In this document: positions 56,420 to 64,000 of the stretch, one piece after another | Position numbering within the stretch: position 1 is the first letter of the stretch | Layout: each line of letters opens with the position of its first letter | Source of the DNA: Octopus vulgaris | Lineage: Eukaryota | NCBI GenBank assembly: GCA_951406725.2 | Contig: OX597816.1 | Span: forward strand, 181,660,001-181,724,000 | Direction of reading: 5' to 3' | Length of the DNA stretch: 64,000 nt | Notes under the pieces: model-generated | Told to the model about the DNA's origin: nothing | The model's database searches: none | Seen by the model: only the letters and a program-made list of their open reading frames with translations | Made by a program: the position numbers and the translations under genes

Positions 56420-56839
56420 TACTTTACTTTACTTTTTACTTTTTTACTTGTTTCAGTCATTTGACTGCGGCCATGCTGGAGCACCGCCTTTAGTCGAGCA
56501 AATCGACCCCAGGACTTATTCTTTGTAAGCCCAGTACTTATTCTATCGGTCTCTTTTGCCGAACCGCTAAGTGACGGGGACGTAAACACACCAGCATCGG
56601 TTGTCAAGCAATACTAGGGGGACAAACACAGACACACAAACATATACACACACTTATATATATATATACATATATACGACAGGCTTCTTTCAGTTTCCGT
56701 CTACCAAATCCACTCACAAGGCATTGGTCGGCCCGGGGCTATAGCAGAAGACACTTGCCCAAGATGCCACGCAGTGGGACTGAACCCGGAACCATGTGGT
56801 TGGTTAGCAAGCTACTTACCACACAGCCACTCCTGCGCC
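56420..56839 (-). mobile_element. Full-length SINE family A
   Basis: Reverse-complement match to 35865-36272. Confidence 0.9.
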
Positions 56840-57126
56840 TATTATGTAATTCTATTATATAACAAAAGGTCACCTCACGTTAATGAAACCGTAACCATTT
56901 GGGGTAACTAGATATCTTACAAACAATCTCTCATTCTTTGTTTTTCTACGTATACTCTATGCAACACTTAAACCCGAATTTATCAGAAAAGATTACAATT
57001 ACATTCAATAGGACGAACAGAAATAAAATAAACATCGAATTCTTCATACTCGTAATTTGTCACGCATTTTAAGGTTTCAATTGCAGCGTACGAATACATC
57101 AACACACAAATTTCGTGTGCGCGTGT

Positions 57127-57167
<41 letters not shown>

Positions 57168-57479
57168 TATATATATTTGTACAAAAATATGTATGTATAT
57201 ATATATATACATGCATGTATATATGTAAGCATGTATATCTAAAAATATGTACATATATATATGCATGTATATGTATGTATATGTACACATATTCATATAT
57301 ATAAATATATATATGAATATGTGTACATATATATGTACATATACATGTGCGTATCTATATGTATATATATATATGTATGTATTTATATATGTATTTATAG
57401 ATTTATTTATATATGTATATATGTATATGTATTTATATATTTATTTTATTTTATTTTATTTTATCTAGTCTTAATCTCT

Positions 57480-60400
57480 TGAGTATTTCCCAGTAGCTTA
57501 TATGCTGCACAGAGGCTATCTTCTTCGTGTAGCTTCATTGGATCGCCTCAAGTTCTGTGATTAACTTGACACTGGATGGTGACCATAGCTAAGAGCAATA
57601 GTCAAAGTGTCTTAGAACAGGTGTCCTCCAGAGGACCATCACGATTTTCTGGTCTCTTGTTCTAAAGGTTCTAAGAATCTATCCGGTCAGCCGCCTATAT
57701 TTCATTGCCAATTTAGCAACATGCATATGAAAGGTTGCATCATCACTCATGTAAATATTCAGGTCTCGCACTGATTGTGCCTCTGGGATTGCAATCCCTC
57801 CAGATCCAGTGTATTTATTGGGTATTGCATTTAGTTTTGCATGCTGATAGCATAAAGCTTGAAACTTTTCAGCATTGAACTGCATGCTATTCTTTTCAGC
57901 CCACTTGTATATTTTGTCCAGCTCACATTGCAAGTGCATAGTGTCTTCAGGGTTCTGTATTGCTTGTGAAACTTTTGTATCATCTGCATAACTTGTGTTC
58001 GTGGCTCTCTGCGTGGCTGAGGGCATGTCTGAGAGGGCCATTATGAACAGTAGTGGTCCCAAAACAGTGCCTTGCGGAACACCGCTCACTATTTGCGTGT
58101 TAATGGAAGTGGCCCCATTGGCTACTACCACCTGGCTTCTATCCTTCAGGACATCATGAAGCCATTCTCCCATTTTTCCAACTATGCCAAGATCACGCAG
58201 TTTGTGACATATCATTCCATGATCGACTTTATCAAAGTCCTTTGCAAAGTCGAGATATATGACTTCCACATTTGAGTGGTTGAGCAGTCGTTTCAGCATC
58301 CAGTCATAGTGTTGTAGGAGCTGAGTTAAGCAGCTTCTTCCTGGTCGGAAACCATGTTGGGTGTCGGGCAGCAAGTCATTTTCTTCAAGGAAGGTGATTA
58401 GTTTCCTTCTGACTATTCGTTCCATGACCTTGCTGATGTGTGAGGTCAGAGAGATAGGTCTGTAGTTCTTGGCCTCCACTCTGCTACCTCCTTTATGAGT
58501 AGGGCATATTTTACCTTCCTTCAGTTTTCTTGGAAGTTTGCCAGCTGCAAGGAAGCTCTGAAAGAGGAACTGCAGTGGTCTTGCTAGGACTCTCTTACAT
58601 ACTTTTAGAAGGATTGCTGGGAATCCATCGGGGCCAGTAGCTGAGTTTGTTTTCATTTCATCTATAGCCTTTATTACATCGTCTTCATTTATATTGATGT
58701 AATCAATCATCGCTGCCTCTGATTTTACATATGCAGTGGTAAAGAAGTCAGTTGGATTGTTGACTTGAAAATGCCCTAGGGGTGGAGTGAAAATACTCTT
58801 GAATTGCTCATTTAGTATTTTACTTATCCTCATTGGATTTCCTGTGAGTGTGCCATCCTTTTCAAGGAGTGGCCCTATCCTACAGTGCACCGTAGCTGTT
58901 TCTTTGGCAAACTTGTAGAAAGCTCTGGGGTTAGATTTTATGTTGTCTATAGCCCAGGCTTCTTTGTCTGCTCTTTCCTTTTCATGGGAGAGTTGCAGAC
59001 ATTTTTCAATTTCCAACAGTTTTATTTTCAGGCGGGACTTTTCACTGCTTTCAATTTGTTTGTTTAGGCGATTTGAAACTTTTGTACGCCGTCTCATTAG
59101 AATTTTCCTCTCTCTGGGGATTTTGCTCTTGTGTACAGTGGCCTTTCTCTCTGGGACACATTTGTATCATATGGCTTGCATTACAGACATTGAATTGGTG
59201 AAGTTTCATGTCAATGTCTGGCGAGGATAGACATTCAGGCCAGTTTTGTTTGAGGATCTCTTTCTCAATTTGTTTCCAGTTTACCTTATGGAAGTTCAAG
59301 ATGGAAAGATTCTAGAGTTTCTTGTAGGCTGCATGTCCATGCTTACCTTTGGCTCGTACATGGTCAGCTCTACGAGAGTAGTGTCGGTGTCACTTTCACA
59401 TTATGGATGAGGTCCATATTATTTGTGAAGCAGAGATCCAGTATGTTACCTGCCCTGGTTGGTTGGAGTATTATTTTCTCCCTGTACAGAGTGTTGATGA
59501 GATTCAGGAGGGACCTCACCTGTCCTCGTTTGCATCGTATCATTCCTGGGAGAGAAAGGACCTCGGGCCATCTGACATTGGGTAGATTGAAGTCTCCCAT
59601 GAGAAGTACACTTATGCGTTGCTCTAATGTGACTAGAACTTCTTTTTTTTTATAAGGCAGTTTTCAAACTTGCCTACATGGCTTGGAGCATCTGGAGGGC
59701 GATATGTAGCACATATAACTACACCAAGTTACCTTATATGTACAATTAGTGTGTCACATACCGAATTTCAGTATGACAAAAGGACCTGGGGTGTGAGGTC
59801 CTCGCGGATGTACATAACAACTCCTCCATGACTCCTTTCTTTTCTGTCGGTCCGTAGTACAACATACTGTGGTATGTGTATTTCCGCATCTGCTATGTCC
59901 GGTTTCAGGTGTGTTACTGAGTGTTAGCAGTCCTCTGATGTTCAGTAGGAGCATCGAGGTGATGTGTGTGCTGTTGCCGGTGGTGTCCACCTTGGGTCTA
60001 TTTGCTGTGGCGGTCTTGTGTATTGTGGATAGTCCCATCTGCGAGTTTGAGTTTGATAGAGCCAGGTTAGCTGCTGTACAATCTTTTGTGCCATGCACAA
60101 AAAGATCCTTGTTCAGCAGCTGCTCTTTCAATAACATGCTGGTGGTTTGTAGCACGCACCACATCTGCGTACCTCCGTTTTGGGGCAGGTGATGCGTGGT
60201 CCATTCCTTTTCCTTTTGGTAGTTGGTTTCTTCCCTGTTTCATGTTTATGTGGCAGGATCTTTGGTGTGCAAAACGGCAGCCTGCACCTTCCTCTCCATG
60301 CCAGCAGACACCTTTCAGGTAGAATTTACACATTCGTGTGCGCTGTGTGTTTCTATCCTTTTTGGTATATGGATAGTCAGGTTTGCTTCTATCCTTCGCT

Positions 60401-60900
60401 GTTTCATCTTTTGGTTTTGTTTGAGTTTTAGTTTTTCCTTCTTTGGCTGTTTCATCATTTGTTTTTCTTTTAGTTTTTCCTCCTTTTACTTCTTTTTTGT
60501 CTCTTTCATCTCCATGGTTTGGGCTTTTGGTGCTGGTAGGGACACTTGCACTTGGGTTTACTTCCCGGGCAGGTTTCTCACTTGAATCTTCTTTGTTGTC
60601 CTGGGTGTCTACCAAGTGGGGTGACATCTTTCATTAGCACCCGTGCCTTTATCCTTGCCATCTTTACTTTGTTCGTTGTCAAACATGGCATCAAGCGTGC
60701 CGATGTGGGATCTTATGAGTGCATAGGAGCGTATAAACTCCTGCTTCTTTCGCTCTATCTGTGCTAACGTCCTTGTGTATCCACTGCTCTTCAGCGCAGC
60801 TGTAATTATGTTGTTCGGATTATCTCCGTCGGCACATCGGCAGGCTCTCAGGAACAACGCCAATTCCATGCTCCTCCAGGTTCTGGACATTTTTGGATAT
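57480..60900 (-). mobile_element. CR1-group (CR1/L2/Crack-like) LINE: ORF1 with CCCH finger, APE endonuclease, RT; decayed and 3'-truncated
   Basis: CKFYLKGVCWHG...CRFAH; LLLNIRGL, GDFNLP, PTRAGNILDLCFTN; NYRPISLTS, GFRPGRSCLTQLL, YLDFAK.FDKVDH, SGVPQGTVLGPLLF, YADD (57679-59097). Confidence 0.92.
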
Positions 60901-60944
60901 TTTATTTATTTATCTATCTAATTATATTTAAAATTTAATAGTGT

Positions 60945-61625
60945 GATAGAGGGTAGAGAAGAAATAGAGAAAGAAAGTGTCTATGTATTTAGAGATTGAG
61001 AGCTGAGAGAAGATAAGAAGAGAGTAAGAGAGAGTGAGAGGAGAAAGTTCGCGTCTATATATTTAGAAACATTGAGAGGCTGAGAGAGGAAAGATGGTGT
61101 GACAGAGAGAAGTGGAGAAGTGAAGAGACAAGGAAAGAGGCGTGAGGGAGAGAAGTGAAGAGACAGAGAGAGAAAGAAATGAAAGAGAGGAGGTTATGCA
61201 AAAGATTGAGCAGCTGAGAGAAGATAAGAAGAGAGAGAAGATAAGTGAGAGAGAGTCTATATATTTAGGAAGATTGAGCGGCTGAGAGAAGAAAGATGGT
61301 GTGATAGAGAGAAGTGAAGAGACAGAGAGAGAAAGAAAAGAAAGAGAGGAGGTTGTGCAACAAATAAATATATCTCTATCTGCCGCTACGAAGTTTTCTT
61401 GTAAGCTAATTATAAATATCTATCTATTCGCAACTACGAGAGAAGTGAAGGAGAGAAGTGAAGAGACAGAGAGAGAAAGAAAAGAAAGAGAGGAGGTTGT
61501 GCAACAAATATATATATACCTATCTGCAGCTACAAAAGTTCTACGAGAGTTTTCTTCTGAACTAATTACGACTATATTTCTAATGTTCGCGTCTATATAT
61601 TTAGGAAGATTGAGAGGCTGAGTAA
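60945..61625. repeat. AG-rich imperfect tandem duplications, probably LINE 5' UTR
   Basis: GAGAAGTGAAGAGACAGAGAGAGAAAGAAA...GAGGAGGTT repeated three times, directly upstream of ORF1 on the minus strand. Confidence 0.6.
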
Positions 61626-61789
61626 AAATAAAGAAAAAAATATATATATATATATATAAAGCAACAAATAAATATACACCTATCTAAAGTTGAATACGAA
61701 AAGGTTTTCTTTCAAAAAAGATAAGAAAAACGGTTCTTTTTGCTTGTTACAGTCGATTGGATATAAACTTAAGAGATGTCACCATGTGC

Positions 61790-61833
61790 TTTATATATAT
61801 ATATATATGCATATATATGTATCTATATTTATA

Positions 61834-61898
<65 letters not shown>

Positions 61899-62338
61899 CG
61901 GGAAGCTTTATGAAAATAAACAAAAGACGAAGGCAGGTGGAATACAAACAAACAATTGTATTAGTATGGCGCTCAGGAATATAAATATGTATATATATAT
62001 ATATATTTATATATATATGTATATATATATATATTTATATATATACATATGTATATACATACATATATACATAGGTATATATATTTATATATATATACAT
62101 ATATATATATACATATATTTATATATATACATAAGTATATCTATCTATATATATATTTATATGTATATATATTTATGTATATAAATTTATATATATATAT
62201 TTATATGGCGGTGTCCCAGCATGGCCACAGCTCGTGAGCTGAAACTAGATAAAATAAAATAAAAATAAAATATATGTGTATATATATATATTTATATATA
62301 TGTATTTATATATATAATATATATTTATATATATGTAA

Positions 62339-62384
<46 letters not shown>

Positions 62385-62520
62385 TTATATATATATGTAT
62401 ATATATTTATATATATATGTATATATATATATTTATATATATGTATATATTTGTATATATATATATTTATACATATGTATATATTTATATACATGTATAC
62501 ATATATTTATATGTACATAC

Positions 62521-62585
<65 letters not shown>
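61790..62585. repeat. Degenerate (TA)n tracts
   Basis: Direct reading. Confidence 0.95.
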
Positions 62586-62587
<2 letters not shown>

Positions 62588-62590
<3 letters not shown>

Positions 62591-63332
62591 AACTTAGATA
62601 AAACTTAGATATGTTTCGACCAAAGATTGGTCCAGGCCATGTCTAACTTAATAGCACCACCTGATAGGATTATCTAAATCCTGTTTAAGTTAAGTTTTGT
62701 TTATGGTCCATCAAGTAGTGAGTTTGTTGTATCTAATTATGGGTGGCTTATCTGGTATTCTTTGAAGGAATCTATCCAGACTCCGTTTAAAGTTGATGGG
62801 ATCCTTTTCCTCTTTGATCTCTTTCGGGACAATGTTAAATAGGGCAGGGCCTGTTGAGGAAAAGAAATTATGTTGCAGTGTACGTGTATGCTGTGATCTT
62901 GAATTGGACAGGGGACGTATGGCCCGTGGTCCCAGTCTTGGATGAACCTTGAAGCTAATGTTCAGGTCGTTTGGGCAAAGTTGGCGGTATATTCTCCACA
63001 TCGTACATATGATGTACCGCTCACGGCGACGCTGGAGAGAGTAGAGTTTCAAGGCTTTAATCGAGAGCAGCCATGCCTTCAATTTGTTTAGTGAGTGCCC
63101 TCTGGGGTGATTCAATCCTCGAGATATTTTGTCTTGTATAGGGAGACCACAGTGGGCAGCAGTATTCGAGGTGTGGCCGTACAAAGGAGGAGAAAAGTGG
63201 TATGATGACACCTTGTTCTCTGGACCGGAAAGTTCTTAAGATCCAGGAACTCATCCTACGAGCTTTATCGACCTTGTTGTTGATGTGTGCACTCTAACTG
63301 AGATCGTCATCAACAATTACACCCGGGTCTCT
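62588..63332 (-). mobile_element. CR1-group LINE 3' end (second family) with stem-loop and short repeat tail
   Basis: FVRPHLEYCCPLWSPY, LKLYSLQRRRERY, FKRSLDRFL; GACCAA/TTGGTC hairpin followed by (ATCTAAGTTTT)x2. Confidence 0.85.
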
Positions 63333-63375
63333 GATATATTTTTATATATTTATATGTATATATATATATTTATAT

Positions 63376-63935
63376 ATAATTCATAAATGAGGGCAAAGGA
63401 ATAAAATTATAATGCCAAATATGCCGAAAAATTGGACATATTGTCCATTAACCATATAATATTTTCCCAGTACGCACGCTACTCGAAAAAAGGTCGACAG
63501 AAATCTCTAAAAAATTCCATTATTACCATATCGGACCGATTTCAGAGTTAGCTACTAAGAGCCCTCCATGTGGCAAAAGAAATAAATGAGATACTTACTC
63601 ACACCCATGGAAGAAGCAAATACTAAGTCATGGGCACAACTAAGTACCCCAAATAAATCCAAAATAGAAATACTCCAGCCGATTCGAGGCACGTGCGATT
63701 TGAACTGAGGCTCTCACAGAGTGAGTTAGTTCGGATGACGAAGAGAGGGGTCTTAGTAGCTAACCCTGAAATCGGTCCGATATGGTAATAATGGAATTTT
63801 TTAGAAATTTCTGTCTGCCTTTTTTCGAGTAGCGTGCGTATTGTGAAAAAATTATATGGTTAATGGACAATATGTCCAATTTTTCTGCATATCTGGCATT
63901 AGAAAATTTTTCCTTTGCCCTCATTTATGAATTGT
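63376..63935. repeat. ~190-bp diverged inverted repeats (63376-63567 / 63745-63935), Penelope-like
   Basis: Arms are reverse complements; hammerhead-like remnant at the inner end of the right arm. Confidence 0.8.
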
Positions 63936-64000
63936 TTATAAATTTAACCGTTAAAGGTATTTTTTAATATGCTGGCCATTGATAAAAATTTTTTCGAGAA

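Noticed and set aside
62605-62650. GACCAA/TTGGTC-GAAAC on the minus strand as a hammerhead
   Set aside because: No CUGANGA; it is the LINE 3' stem-loop ahead of the repeat tail

Overview
AT-rich, microsatellite-dense, repeat-dominated animal genomic DNA. The SINE/LINE repertoire suggests an octopus-type cephalopod (inference). Only one credible host gene is visible: an intronless, divergent EB1/MAPRE-family ORF (45508-46638, minus strand) with a CH domain, a greatly lengthened coiled coil and an EBH-like end. The rest is transposon debris: mariner elements and MITEs, a hAT MITE, Helitron pieces, R4/Dong-, HERO-, Tx1- and CR1-group LINE fragments, three tRNA-derived SINE families, and Penelope-like inverted repeats including a ~1.55-kb palindrome. 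Most ORF-track entries are microsatellite artefacts. The main hunt result is about a dozen hammerhead-ribozyme-like motifs. Four of them (3536-3598 minus, 22174-22236 plus, 27469-27530 plus, 43027-43100 minus) have unrelated stem sequences but share a NON-circularly permuted strand order: cleavage strand, then GAAA strand, then CUGANGA strand. Two of the four lie in the 3' UTRs of HERO-type LINEs. All RNA structures were paired by eye, none is shown to be active, and repeat boundaries are approximate.
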